This document shows, one piece after another, positions 15,201 to 30,200 of a stretch of 64,000 nt of DNA. The position numbers and the translations under genes were made by a program. Below the pieces are notes generated by a model, which saw only the letters and a program-made list of their open reading frames with translations, searched no databases and was not told the DNA's origin. Position 1 is the stretch's first letter. Each line of letters begins with the position of its first letter. Source of the DNA: Phoronis australis (taxonomy: Eukaryota > Animalia > Phoronida); assembly GCA_002633005.1 (NCBI GenBank), contig NMRA01000107.1, positions 291,760 through 355,759 on the forward strand, in the 5' to 3' direction.

Positions 15201-18200
15201 CGCCTAAAGGCGCAGTTGAGAACTTGTGTTTACTCAGTTCCAAAGTTTCCCACAAGCATGGTGGGTCACGTGAAATTGTTTAATCGACCTATTTTTCCAT
15301 ACATGGCATCTAGATCAACGTGCTACGTCAGAAAGCAATGCCCACGTTATGAGTGGCTAACATTGCTTTGACCCATGAAATATGAATTCTGTACACTCTG
15401 GGAATACGTCCCACACTGCAAACGCATTTTTTTTTCTGATGCTTGAGAACAACAATCAGTTACGGACACGCGTGGACAATAAACTTGAGATATTATCTTG
15501 CCTACACAGTTACTTAACAGAACTGCTGCAGAATCATCAACAGCTCGGCCTAGTCGAACGTATTCTGGAACTGCATCAACATTAGAGAAGAGCATCCGCA
15601 ACTTTTCCCAACCAATTCAATCAAATATACCAAAAGTATTTAAATATAGACCCCACCCGACATCAGCCGCAGTGTGAATCCAGAGAAACTGATCAAATGT
15701 TTTAGAATTTAGGCATTTGATGAATATAGGTCCACTGTATGTGTTGCAGGGATACACTTGACGATCAAACAGTGCATTTTCTTGGTAGGATAGGAAATCC
15801 ATATTTATATGACCAATTGAATATCTGCCAAATAGACGGATTTTGATCAAAATTTTACGGTAAGTTTGTCACCGTTGCTGAAAAGCATACTATTTAAAAA
15901 ACTATGTGATCTGTGCGACTTGATTTTCTAACTCTGATGTCCAGCTGGAGACCGGGCTTTTGACGCTCAGCTATGACAGTGCGCTACACTCACCTTACCA
16001 GACGACTTGACTCCCTTACACAGACAGAAGAAGAGACCGACCCAGGCTGCGATGAGACACAGTAATATCTGCCACCGCAGGGAGCCCATGTTTTCAATAC
16101 CATCGGACAACTGAAGAACACTGTACCTACAAAGGTATACAAGTTATGACTACTATTAGAAAACTTATCAAGCACAAACTCTTTCTCATTTAAGAAAAAA
16201 CTTTTGCTTCTTGTCAGATAAAAAACTGGTGAGGGTTTTATTAGAAACATTTTCTTCTCAGCTAGTGAATCATTCTGAACCATGACCCCATCTAACAGAC
16301 AAAACACATACAGTACATATTGGGATTACTGTTAGACAATAGTGAAGGGCTATGCAAAGTTTTGAAATGCACCTACATTTTCAATGCCTGGGGCATTACT
16401 GCATCATAAACATCTAAGTGGCATAGAATTTGTTGAGCCCATCCAAAAATGAGAAGGCATCACCATCTCCATGACAGCAAAATAATTGTCAAATTTCATG
16501 AAATTCTGTGGAAATGATATCTTCATCAGGAACAGATCTGTCACCTTTCATTATCATTCCTCAAACAGTTTGGAGGATAGAGAGGCAGACGACAAAGGAC
16601 ACAAAAAGAAACAGAAAGGCCACTAGGGGGTGCAACATAAGTTAAATCCATCTGAAACAGGGTTGGTGCTGTTGTCTACGTAGTAGGCACTTATTCACAA
16701 TATTCCATGAACATCCATCAAGCCACTTGATATGCAATCAGTGTGCACGGCATACTGATATGCCCAGACAGTGTGCATGGAATACTGATATGCCCAGACT
16801 GTGCATGGCATACTGATATGCCCAGACAGCGTGCATGGCATACTGATATGCCCAGACAGCGTGCATGGCATACTGATATGCCCAGACAGCGTGCATGGCA
16901 TACTGATATGCCCAGACAGCGTGCATGGCATACTGATATGCCCAGACAGCGTGCATGGCATACTGATATGCCCAGACAGTGTGCATGGCATACTGATATG
17001 CCCAGACAGTGTACATGGCATACTGATATGCCCAGACAGTGCGCATGGCATACTGATATGCCCAGACAGTGTGCATGGCATACTGATATGCCCAGACAGT
17101 GTGCATGGCAGACTGATATGCTCAGACAGTGTGCATGGCATACACTTCAGATGCAAGGGATGTATGATCACTATGTTTATAATTTCCACTTAACAACACA
17201 GTCAGGAATGTTCTCTTCCATAGAAACACATCTGCCACCTCCGTGAATATCAAGGCAAATGCAAACAAATAAAATTCCCGCTAAGCATTTGTCCCCAAAT
17301 TCATGTCAGTTGTACTCTCCTCAATAGAAACACGTTAAATTTCATGAAGATTCGTCAAAGAACTTGCATTAAGCCACAGGTAAAATCATAATGGCACAAG
17401 AGGGCGCCACAGCAGTCATACCTACAATACATCGCCGGCTAAGCACCACCAAGAAGGAACACATCATATGCTAATTTTCATAATGATCCTTACAACAATT
17501 TATTGGACAGGCAGAAGCCAAAACCACAAAACATGATAAAAATGGCCACTAGGTGGCGTAAAATAGATTATTTGGAAAGTTCTACTGGAACACTGAATGT
17601 TGTCATAGCCTCCTTAACAGAAACCTCGGTGACAAATTTCAAGAATATCTCAAAAAGAAACTTCTACCAAAGATACAGAGGCTAACATCAAAATGTTGCA
17701 ACTAGGCGACACAGTTGTAGCTGGATCTATCCAAAAGCCGTCACCCTCAGTTTTCACTTTCATAGAAACACACTTGCCAATTTAACACAAATTCTGCAAG
17801 AGATTCATGGGATACAGAGGCAGACGCAAAAATGAAACAGAAAGCACCTCAGTAGTCGGAGCCGTCCTCTTTCCAGAAGGAATACATATACCAATTTTTC
17901 AGAAGCCAAAAACAGACACAAAAACAGTAAAACAGCCACTAGATGGTGCAGAATACATTAAATCCATCTGAAAACAAAGTGTCATCATGTTCTTAATAGG
18001 TACCTATTTGTAAAATTTCATTAAAATTAGTCACACAACAAACTCCGAAGATACAAAGGGAAACGTAAAATGACACTAGGGGGCACATCAGTTGTCAAAT
18101 ACATCCCAAAATTTACTGATGCCTTCAAATCCACAACATGTCTGCAAAATTTCCAGAACATCCATCAAGGGATTTTGGAGATAAATCAGCGGACAGGATG

Positions 18201-21200
18201 AGGGCATACACCCACAAATTATATGAGGGTATAAAAAGTTAATGTTGAGCTCAAAATCCAGCCATCGAAGGAACTCTGAAGATACAGAGGCAAATGCTAA
18301 CAAGAGCATGTATCTTTCGTGCATTGCATACAATATGTTTCTAAGGGATATTAGGAGGTGCTGCAGCAGTCCAATCAGCTGGAAAATAAAATAGTGCCGG
18401 TGCACTGTCATCATATAAAGCTATGACAAGCATCACTGAAATCACTTCTCCAGATATAACCAGTAAATGCTCGTCCTCTAAACAACACTTGAAAAGCCCC
18501 TTGTTGAGAACACAATGGCGCCAGTACATGGCCATCGTAAAGTTTCATTGAAATTCATCAATTGCTTCTCTAGATACCATCCAGAAATCGTCTTCCCACA
18601 AATAACAGTTGAATAGGTTCTTGTCACAATGTTGCAGTGAATAAATCTACTTCAAAAACAAAGGGTGCAGCGCATTGACATCACACATATCTGTGTCAAG
18701 TTTCGTTGACATCAGCTAATCGCTTCTCCCAAACAACACATGAATACCCCTTGCCGTTAACAAAATGGCCACCAGGAGGTGCTGAAGTTGTCAAATCCGT
18801 TGCCGCATTGTCATCACAAACACGGAGTCAACTTTCATAGAATCCTTCAATCAGATCTCTACATATATCATCCGGTAACCCTCTCCCACTAAATGGCCAC
18901 TAGAGGCACTGCAGTTATTGAATACGGTGAACAATCAAATGGTGCTGGCGCAATTTCATCATTTACCGCTTTGTAAAGTTTGAACGAAATCTGTCAAACG
19001 GTTATCTAGATATCATTTGGAAACACTCTTCCCTCAAACAACACTTGAAAAGCCCTCGTCGATAACAAAATGGCCACTAGGAGGTGCTGCAGTAAAGTCC
19101 CACCCGAAAATTTAATGGTGCCACCGCATTGTCATCAAAAACCTCTGTTCCATTTTTCATTGAAATCCTTTTCCATGCCGTCCGGAAACGATCACACACA
19201 AAAGTGCCACAAGGGGGCACTGCAGAACTCGAATCTGCACAAAATTTATTGTTAATGGTGCACTGATATCACATACCTCTGTGTCAAGTTTCATTAAAAC
19301 CAATCAATTGGTTCAAAAGATATCATCCGGCATTGTTCTTCCCGAAATAGCCACTAGGTGTTGAAGTGGTCGAATCTATCCAAAAATCAAATGGTGCCAG
19401 CGCATAGACATCATATACCTCTGTGTCAAATTTCAATGAAATCCGTCAGTCCTCATCCGGAAACACTCTCCTCCCAAAAACAACACATGAACAACCGTTA
19501 ACAAAATGGCGCAACCCATGAGACAGTTGCACAATACATGGAGAAACTTCAAGTGGTGAACGCTGAAGTTACTGGACCAAACACTGCTAAGACGAATCTA
19601 TACTGTTTAATATAGAATTTCAATATGTGATTAGCACCGGCATCTTGCCTACAGAAGGGAGGCGCTTCAAGTTTAATAAGCAAAGCTTCAGGAATCTTCA
19701 AACGCTGATGACTGCCACGCATGTTGAATGACCATGAGAACTTTTGGATTATGAAGTACATGTCATTTTCAAGTTACATACTGCCAATATTCTTCCGCAG
19801 GTGTCATCTTCTTCAAATCGGTGGCATTGGTGAGATAATGGCTACCATTGTTCTCCAACACATCGGTCATATTAGCATAGTTCCATCTCGAGTCAGACGT
19901 TCCATTGGAGAAGACATGTGCCCAGAACTGGCTCCTGTTCATAGCACTACTGTTAGTGTCGTGGTCCATACAAATGGTAGTGTTGCTGCAGTAACCCCAG
20001 GGCAGGACGGTGGTGAAGGAGTGAACCAGGTAGTAGATGACCCAAGTGATGATCACGTTGTAGTAGACGGCACATAACCCAGACACAATCAGCATACCAT
20101 ACCCAAGACCTGTAAATAGAATACATAAACGATGCCATTCTTAAATCAATGAATGCGGGTGGGAATTTCGGATAGTGTGTTGAAATTTCAAAAAGTACAA
20201 TTACCCTGTTACCATAAAACAAAGACGCATTCTATCCACAAAGAACTAGTACTCTTCCTGATGGCATTCATTAAGTTCTATTCAGTTAAACAGTAATTCT
20301 GCAATTACTATTGGAAAACTACCAAACATCATTGGTAACCACATGACCCATCCTGTTGTCTTGTTGATACGTTCAGCACACATTTATCAAAAAGTAAAAA
20401 CAACAGGAATGCAAAGCATTGATAATCACATGCACTGCAAGTGGTTTTTAGTATAAAAATGGCCACTAGGTGGTGCAAGATACAACAAGCTTTTACAAAA
20501 ATGAAAAGGACTCGTGGTCTACCTAACCGAAGCCAGTCAAATTTCATGAAAACCTGTTGAAGGTCTCTAAAGATAGAAACATAAGAAATAAACTAAGCAC
20601 CACCTATAAGGTGCAGTAGTGATTGTATCTGTCCAAAAAGATTGTCATCAGTTGTCACATCACATAGGAATGCATTGTCTTGTATTTCACAAAGATCCAG
20701 CAAGGAGTTTAGCAGATGCAGCTGTGGATACAAAACTGTCACTAGAGGGCGATACAGGAGTCAGACCTGTCTGAAAATGAATGCCAGTTTACCATCTGCC
20801 TTTGGCAGTTTGGCCGATAAACTCAGAAATAAAAATGGCCACTAAATGGCGCCAAATACATCTATTCAGTCCGAAAACACAAAGGTGTTGCTGTCTCTTT
20901 AATAATAGAAACCTATTTGCCAATCTGGTGCTGGCACATTGCCATCAAAGACCTCTGTGTAAAATTCATATAACAATCTGTCAATTAAAATCCTGTGACG
21001 ATGCTCTCCCTCCCAAAAGGGGGCGTGTTATTGACCAAATCTGCCCCAAAACTGACTAGTGCAGGCGCATTGTTGTTACATATCTCAGTATCAAGTTTCA
21101 CTGAAACCCATCCATCAGTTCTCTATATACAATCTTCAAAAATTTATCCGATTTCGGATAAATGACGACATAGTAATTCCTGGAAACAAACCGTGAGAAC

Positions 21201-24200
21201 AGAGGCTTCAGTCACCTCGGAGACACAACAGTTATAGCTTCCAAAAAGTGCTGTTTTTCGTAACTAAAAATTCATACTATTTTTGGTGGGTACTTCAGGG
21301 TGGAGCTGTAATTTACTGGAAACTCACTTTGCACTGAACCTGCAAAGTTTAGAAAAGCAACATATGACCTGCCCTAGCAAGGGATGTCTCTTTCGTTTGA
21401 ACACATGAATGTAGATGCTGGGCTGATTTGAAGTCACTGTCTGCATTCTCAAGTGACGAAACTTTGGGAAAAGAGTTACATTACCAGCAGATTTTGTGGT
21501 TCCTGGTGTTAGCAGCTGTGTACAGTGATAATTCATACTGAAGGACAACACATTAATCAGAAACAAGGTAAAATGTAAAATGCCATATTAATGTCACAAT
21601 GAGTTCTCCAAAATGTCATTATTGTATGACTTGGTCATGACACACCATTTCAAGGCATTAAGGTTTTGTTATGCTGCATTTGATAATAAATGGAAGTTTG
21701 ATTAATTTTTTACTTAGAGCAATAAAATGGGCAGTGAGGAAGAAATTTCTGGAAATCAAGAGAATAGATCATCCAGTAATTCCATAACAGAAAAGGTTAA
21801 TTTAAAAGATTAATTTCAGTGTATGTTCATACACGGTGAAATCAACCACAGGTATTCAACTGACTATGCCAAATTTGGTCAAAAAATGCTTAATCCCGAA
21901 GAAATCCAGGCCACGAAACTGCACAATTTCACCATGATCTATCAAAGAGGTTTTTAAGAACATCAACGGACATGTAAAGGTGAGCGCAGATGGGATGCTG
22001 ACTACATGCACCAAAGTGGTGCAGAATATACATCTAATGCATCCAGAAATGAGATGACATTGTCGCCTTAATAGAAAGTCGTTTGATCAAAATCTGTCAA
22101 GGAACTCAGCTGACGATGAAGAGGAAAACGCATAAAACACAATTGCCACTAGGAGCCACACTGGTAGTTGGATCAGTCCATAAGACTTTGTTATTCACTT
22201 TTGAAACCATAGGAATACACTAACGAAGTTTCAAAGATCCTGCAAGGGGTTTAAGATAACAGAGCCGATGGCAATATAAAAATGGCCACTGGGGAGCACA
22301 GAATATGTATATTCCTGTGAAACTGGATGGTTTCCAATTTTGTCACCTATTGTGGAATGCTGAACAGGCCATGGGGTAAATAACTAGCATCAGCATACAT
22401 CGAAGTACGTTGAGAGAGCACTAAAGATGGCTGCGTGAGCAATGAAGGACACTTCAAGCCATTTATGACCACTACTGCACATGCAAGTGGTCAAGTTCGA
22501 TATAATCATACACAAAATTAATAAGTAAGCAAATGATAATTGACTCTTTGAGTAATAATTGGTTATTACGGTTAATTAAAAGATATTTTCACAAGATACA
22601 CCTTCAGGTCAAGCACTGTGGAAGTACCTGTTCATGTCAGTGGATGACCCTGATATACCCCTCACACTCTTGACATTATTTGACCAAGAACATGGTCAAT
22701 AAAATAGTCTATATCTGTATGAACCACTTGTAGTTGACCTCATTGACCAAAGGTAAGTGGGAATACAGCACACATCATGAAATTTTGTCCAACCGATCGG
22801 CTAGGAGTCGACGACTGGCCGACAAAAAAGGCGACCGGGTCGGCTAAAAGTAAGGCAACCGCATTGCCGGCTCATAAGGCGACCCCCCAGCCGATTCTTA
22901 TAGTCAACCTGCCCTCAGCCGACCCAAATTTATGGTGGTCAGCTGCTAGTCTCAGCTGTGTAATAGGTTGTCAGGCTTTTGTCACATTGCGTGGGACAAA
23001 ACTTATCCTCTCCGCACAGGGTGAAATACATTATCTTAGTTTTAATGCCTTAATATTACATGAGCTCACACTGACTGTGTAACTGAACAATTGATAATGA
23101 AATGCAACCAGTTTTGAATAGAGACGTGAAAATTTTCTTCAAATTCCATCTTTGACTCGTGATGATATCGAGTTCGGTTAGACTGACTACGTCCCGGTCA
23201 ATACAATGCCGTTTCGTTTTGACAATGCAGCTATTTTTGCATTTTTAACAAAGTCTTTGTCCACTTTTCTTTTTTGTTTGTGTTAAACAGAACTGCAACT
23301 GCAGGGCCAAATATGAATCAGTCGAGCTTGATCTATAGTCCCTAGCCATTGTTCTGCATTTTTCATTCACCACGCAAGACAATATTCCTAATTCGCCTTT
23401 CATTGAAAATCCACAGCACATGCAGCGTCGTACGATCCTGACATTAGCTTTTCAGTAAGTCCATACAAAAAGTTGTATTTATCCCTTTGGACACTAAAAC
23501 GGTAAATACTACATCTTGAAAAATCCACTCTTGAGGACATTTTGAAAAGTAAACAAGTTTGGTTGATGCATTGCCATGCCAACAATGTACGTGTTGACAG
23601 ACAGCGTATCTGTGGTCTATCTGTGTGTATTGTCAAACCTCACGGTATGGTCAATGCCCCATACATAAATCAGACGCCACGAACTACAAGCATGTCTTCA
23701 AATTTAGTTTAATAAAGTTTACCACATGCTGCTTTACAGTGTGGGTTCATAATGCACACAGACTGTATCCATGAGACTGTATCCATTGACCGAATATGTA
23801 ACCAACTTCACATAGTGCAAGAGAATGTTTGTGTACACAATGTATCTAACTGATAACAATTCTTTACCCTGCATTGAAAACAACAATTTCCAGGCATAGT
23901 ATTTCAAGCATTTGTTTTCATGACATTTTGCTTTGCACTCAGTTAGCAGTAGCTTAGACTATGCAATTGAAAACTGCACTGGTCAGAAGTTATCACTCGA
24001 CAGGAGATGTTTGCATGTAATTATAGAAAACTTTTATTCGCCCTGAATGTGCGTCATCTTCGATGCGACCGTAATGAAAAAAAATAGGCTTCCAGTACTT
24101 CTGGAACTACAGATTGTGTGTAAATTTCGTGCTGATCGGACAAAAGTTGCAACCCCTATCGTGTGAACAAAAATAAAACTTAGTGTCAAAGCAACACACT

Positions 24201-27200
24201 AAAATTTCACCGAATAAAAAACAAACAAACTTTGTGTCAGAGCAATTTCGCCAAGTAATAATAGCTAATTGTTAAATTAGCAAGTCTAGAACAACATGTT
24301 TTTCTATCAGAAACACTCAACCCTCTCCTCTGGAACATTTGTGAACATGACTCATTCTGAAAACAATAGCAAGGTTTATTTAGACTATACAACAGAGTTG
24401 CATTTCAAACAGATGAGAGAAATGCAAGTTTCTCAACCTACTAGTACCTGAGTTTGAAAAGTAGATTAAAAGTACATTGCACAAATTACATTTTCTTCTA
24501 AATGGGGGAGATAATCAGTCAGTTGCAGTCAATAAATATGTGAACAAACATAACACAGTAGAGACATACTGGTTCATGTACGTCTCAGCACATGTGGTGT
24601 AACCCAAATGGACATCTATCAATGTTGATGGTTTACTTTGGCACTTTTTACAAATGATAACATAACAGCAAGGCCAGATGCTGGCCAGACATCTGACCCT
24701 TGGTCAGGCTTACTTAACTTTAGGCTCCAAGCAAGGGAGTTGTATCAAGTGGTTGCTGTTGGGTAGAAATAAGTTCATGAAAGGTCAGAATTCAAATCAC
24801 ATTTCATGGGAATATTTACAGTATGAGAAGGTCAAAGAGTGATTTTAGTGACTTACTGACCCATGTGTTGATTGTTACAATATGCAAAATGTCAACAATT
24901 ACCATTGGACAAGTGTAGCCAATTGATGTGTAAGGGTCTGGAACCTTCAAAACATTCAGTGATGTGTCAGGTCTTTGTGACAACATATTTTTTATTAGCT
25001 AAATCACATAACATGTTTATAATGTCAGGGATATACTTAGCCACTCACAATGCAAGTAAAAATTAGGGCTGGGTGAGTAGAAGTTCACTTGCCGGTCGTC
25101 CAGGTGGCGAGAGAATTTTCTCAGCGCAATAAACACTCTATCATTTCCCAGATGAAAATCAATAAATTTTCTCTTACCTGTGCTGATTTTATCATGAATT
25201 TAAGGTTAAGTTTGGTCTGCGTCTCGATGCTCCAGCAGTAAAAAAAAACATCTACGCAGTTTGCTCCTACCGAGTCAGTAGGCCTAGACTGTAAACGTTG
25301 CGATTTGTCAAGAGACCACAGTGTGTGGTCGTGCACAAAGGAATTTGTGGACTAGTTCGGAACGAAGAAAAAGGAAGAAAGGTGGTGGATGGTTCCATGT
25401 GCTCACAGCGAGTGAAATTCCATATGTCTTGGAACTGACTTCTTATTGTACAGTGAAATTTTAGAAAAGATTATTTAATAAATAATAACATTGAAATCAC
25501 ATATAAATTTCATTGATTGTCCTCGTTATCACTATTAGGAAAATAAACGCAATTTTTAGCCAGATTGATCGTATAGTCTGTTTGGTGTGGCTATAAGATT
25601 TCCAGGGGCAAAGACTTTTTCCGTATCTTGGGTCCAGCCATATGATTTAGCAATACAGTACAGTACAGTACAGCACAATTCATTACTCGGTGTGGTCACT
25701 GGCAAGTCAATGAGTACTATTGCGTGCCCTTGAAAACTGTTCTAGTCCACATACGAGACAGAATCATGACACGCGCGTTGACTTGTGCACGACTGCTATC
25801 ATCGTGGGTGTTCTCATTTTCAACGCGACGCTTTTTAGAGGACGTCCGCCCTCTTTCTAAGTAAACTACGGCGGAAAAAAGAAACCATCACGCCGATTAT
25901 GAGGAAAACGAGAGAAGACGTGATTAAATGTGTAGATTGGCAGAAAGGGCGGCCCTGGCTTCAAGACACAGAAGACGGCATGCAATTTTAATTAAAATGA
26001 AGTTACTGTGTTGGATGGCGTATCGTCTTGTGTAGCCAGCCAGCCAGCTAGCTGCATGAAGACTATTGTCGAGTTCTGACAGACCTCGAAAGTGCACAAA
26101 GACCAGCCAGTTCTGCTCGTCACCTCGCCATGAAACTCAGTATCAACATGTAGAGCTAAAGACCGGCGAGGGTACATGCAAAATTTGGGAGTCAACCGCC
26201 ACTCACCTGGCCCATTACAGCAGTTTAAGTGAAGAGTAATCTAACAAACGTCATTTTCTTTGCGTAATTCTCCGCCCTATGTGACAAAGAAATTAAGGTA
26301 TTTCACTGTTTTGAAAACAGTACGCTAGTGACATGCGTACACGGCATTTCCTAAAGTTTTGGAACATCTCTCGGGAGATGATGACAGCTTCGCAGCAGCA
26401 AAATTTGTTCTGAAATCCCGTTTGATGGTATTAAAATTTTAAAACCATATAATGAAGTAAAGCAAATTGAGATAATTTGTTGTGGCGGATATGCAACCTC
26501 GTGAAAGAACAACACATTACGGTGTTTTTCCATTGCTCCTAACTTGTTCGATTCTATTGCCCAATAACAAGTTAGGAAGTTTACCCCTGTAGCCAATATC
26601 TTATACGACTGATTAACTCTATTCTGGCATTCATGGTTGGAGGGCCAGCTCCCTTTTGTTCGATAATTGCTCTAATTTTCAAAAAGATCATATCTACGCC
26701 TGACTGGACTGTGCTGTTAAAAATAAAAGTTAAGTTATAACAAATTTGAACATAAACCAATGGCATTTCTGAAATCCTCGTCTAATGGTGATCATGTCTG
26801 GTTTTTGAATCGCCAAAATTGCCCAACTGCAACTGAAGTTACGATAATCTATTCTTTCCGAATGTACCAGTTAACTCTGGGTTTGACGGTGTTCACACGT
26901 GGTCTGTAATAAGCCTGGTAGATATTAATTGCAGGGCACGACACAACGAGCTGCAGGTCGCATTTGCGACCTGAAATTTGGAAATGCGAGCTGAGATTTT
27001 TGTCAGCTCGTATCAAGTCGCAAAATGCGACCTGGAATTTCCAACGAATGCGAGCTGAGTTTATTGTTAATCCGACCATTACTTGGTTGTTGCCAAATCC
27101 AAGTTCAAAAGACCACTAACTGAGAACAGCCCTCCCGATGACTTGTAAGCAAGTCGCGTGACCATGGGATATGCAGAATCGATCTTTCATGCGTTTCATT

Positions 27201-30200
27201 GGCTAACATTTTCGGCCATTTACGCAAATTTCCGGATTTGCCGAAGAAAGTTTCGGGCCACATAACACGCGATAAAACCTCACAAAACAGTGGTGTTTCT
27301 ATTAATTCTTAAGCGATCAACTTATCAAACTTTGTGGTGGACAAATATGTTTGTTTTTCGCTTAAGATGTCCTTATTACCTTTACCAAATATCCACGACA
27401 ATATCCCTGATATCGCACTGCGGCACTGGTCCGTCCCGTTGTTAGCGTGCAAGCGGTCCCGGCAAGATAATCGTGACTTAGATATGTGCGCCTCGTTTTT
27501 ATCCCATAAGACAGCCAAAGTGAAAATGACAACCTATTAATCCCCAAACGACGATCACATCTTTACTTTCAGTTGCCAAGAAATTCTCAAACCCCATTAC
27601 TTGTTTTCTGGGGCTACGTGCGCGAAAAATGATTTGTCTTTCACACGTTGTTGCCAACGTAAAGTGTAGGCCTATTCCAGCAATTCAAGTGCGTGAACTC
27701 ACGCGTGCGCACCGTTTTGAAGCTGTGCATCAAAAGAGAACAGCGGCAGTCCTAAATGAAAGAGTATACCGACTTGGCTCTGTCAAGCACCCGGGTGCCA
27801 ATGGTTTATTTGAAAATGAACTCATAGCTTTCCGGCGGTTACGATGCTTTACGATATTCCCCGGGAAAGATGTAACCCAGAACTGATATTTTCCGGTTCC
27901 GATGTTTCTCGAGGTCGATGTTCTCTAAACCCTATATTCTATGCCCGTAGCCAGCTATTGCAACTAAACGGGTACTAGATGCGAAATTGTGGTTAGCGAA
28001 CCTTTTATATTTCTCTTCATACACCTCCCCTTTCTCCCCGGCAACTTTTCGCTCCCCGGACCACCGCCGCCGTAAAAATGTTCAGACTCCAATAGAAACA
28101 ATCATGTTCCAGCTGAAGCCGGCAATTAAAAACAAAATTATTCCGGGTGGCTAAAAAGGGTACAGTGTAGGTGGTAACGATATGCAGAAAGTCACCCCTA
28201 CTAGATGGAGTTTGCCTCGCAAAATCGTATTATTATAACGTTTCTTACCATTGTAGTCTTTTAATATCTTATTACCGCAAACACTCGGGTTAACGACTAT
28301 GCTAACGCACAAGCCTACTCCCTATCTTTGAAGTGTTTCACAATAAGCGCTCACTGATCTACTAAGCGTTCCCCCTCAACTTTTGAGAATTTCCAATTAA
28401 GCGCCCACAGTTTAGGCTAGCGCCCATCATATCGCACTACAAACGACCGCGCGTGGTTTAAAATTGACTCGCAGCCTATATGGTGTGTCACTCTCATTTT
28501 ACACAACAAATTCTGTTTTCAAAAAACGTCTTTTCTCAATATGTAAAAACCAAATCCCGGCTTTGTTTTATACCTCCGAAAGAAAGTTAACACTAGTGAC
28601 ATGCGTGTCGTTTTGTGACTGACCTATTTTCCCCGTACGTGGAAGGTATTGAGCAAACTTGCCATTACCAGATGGAAACTCGCACGGAGGGAGTCGGGAA
28701 TTATTTGGAGGCTATTCACTTCATGGAAAACTAATTGTTGAGTACGTAAACAGCATAAGTACCACATTTTTGTTGTGAAATTTGCACTGAATTGTTTATT
28801 CGGTTAAAGCATCGTTTCACGGATTTTTTTTCGACAGACGTTTTTCAAACATGAGTTAAGTTGCAAAATTTGGGCTGCGAACAAAAAGCGGAGGGAATTT
28901 GCCCTCGGAGTTAGTTTGAATCTTTAGCGACTTTGATGACAGCCAGTAGCAGGTCAGACCTAGCAAAATCCCGGATACTTTTTCAACGGGCATTTTCTCC
29001 CTTTTCAAATCGCAAACTTAGCTACTCGAATGCACCTGTCAGTTAGAGAGCGCTAATTCAACTTTCACTTCGGGAACTTGACTTGCGCTCTAGAGACTTT
29101 CAAAGGCGGTCGTGTAGAACAGTAACGCCGTACCTGCATGAACGAAGTCAGTTTTTGGATCTGAAATTTGTGAGCATTTAACGCGGCAGGAAAGAGCATA
29201 ATCTAAAAATTTTCTCGATGATCTAAAATCAATTTTGGCGCGTAAAAATGGCGGGAAAATTTTGCGACCTGGCATTTATGAATGCGACCTGGATTTTGGA
29301 AATGCGACCTGGGATTCTGGCTAGGTCGCAAAATGCGACCTTGCGATTTTTATAACGTCGAGCCCTGAATTGGCCTGCCTGTTGTCATAACAGACAAAAG
29401 ACTTCGCATGGCAGTTAATAAAGAAGCTAGATGTTATCAGATTCTCCGAACCCCCTTCGTCTGGTAAAGTCACTGAACGGGAAAACGCTGTTATGAGTTG
29501 ATTGAAAAAGCGACAAAAAAGAAACTGGCCAATGGGTGACCCAATACTTCAAGGCGTCAAAAGTCGACGCAAAAGACCGTGCCGCAATTTTAGCAGCAGA
29601 ATAACGGTAGAACGCTAACTTTTTTAGGAATGGCAAATAATTTAGTGTACTCAAGGAAGGGAGTAGTTTTTAATGACACTAATTTTGTGTCAGATTTTCT
29701 TTGGTCATTTTTTCCCACATCGGCGCGAAGCTGCGCCAAACCCAAGGCTACGTCTTGCGTTGCTGGGTATTGAATTCATCGACGTAGAAAGCTTCTTGGT
29801 AGACATTCTGCATATTCTAAAAGTGACACTAGCCCTAGAAGATGGTGACCAACGCACAAAACAATCATTTTTCTTGACATTGGCAGCAAGTTTGTGGTGA
29901 CCGACGCGAAACGACCGGGTCAATGAACTTTGGTCTGGGCAAGATTTCCTGGCTCACTCGCTCAGCGAGTGTGGTTTTGAAACCTGGGTATATCCCTGAA
30001 TTTGTCAGAGAGAATAGAGATAAGCCAAGGCTATGTAGGATCCTCGAAAAATGGCCAAATTTTGTCAAATTTCGGAACACATCTAAAAAATGGATGATCA
30101 CATTCACATGAAATATTCCGATACCATGCTTTGTGTACTGTTCAACAAAACGCTAAATAAACAGGAATCGCTTTTTAAATTTCCCACTTTTGTATGAGGG

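Noticed and set aside
16695-17246. Four overlapping 122-167 aa ORFs with decapeptide repeats
   Set aside because: Products of the 30-bp minisatellite inside an SLC6 intron; no independent coding evidence.
22769-22961. Short CCGAC/GTCGG-rich segment, possible MITE
   Set aside because: TIRs too weak and no TSD found; cannot be supported.
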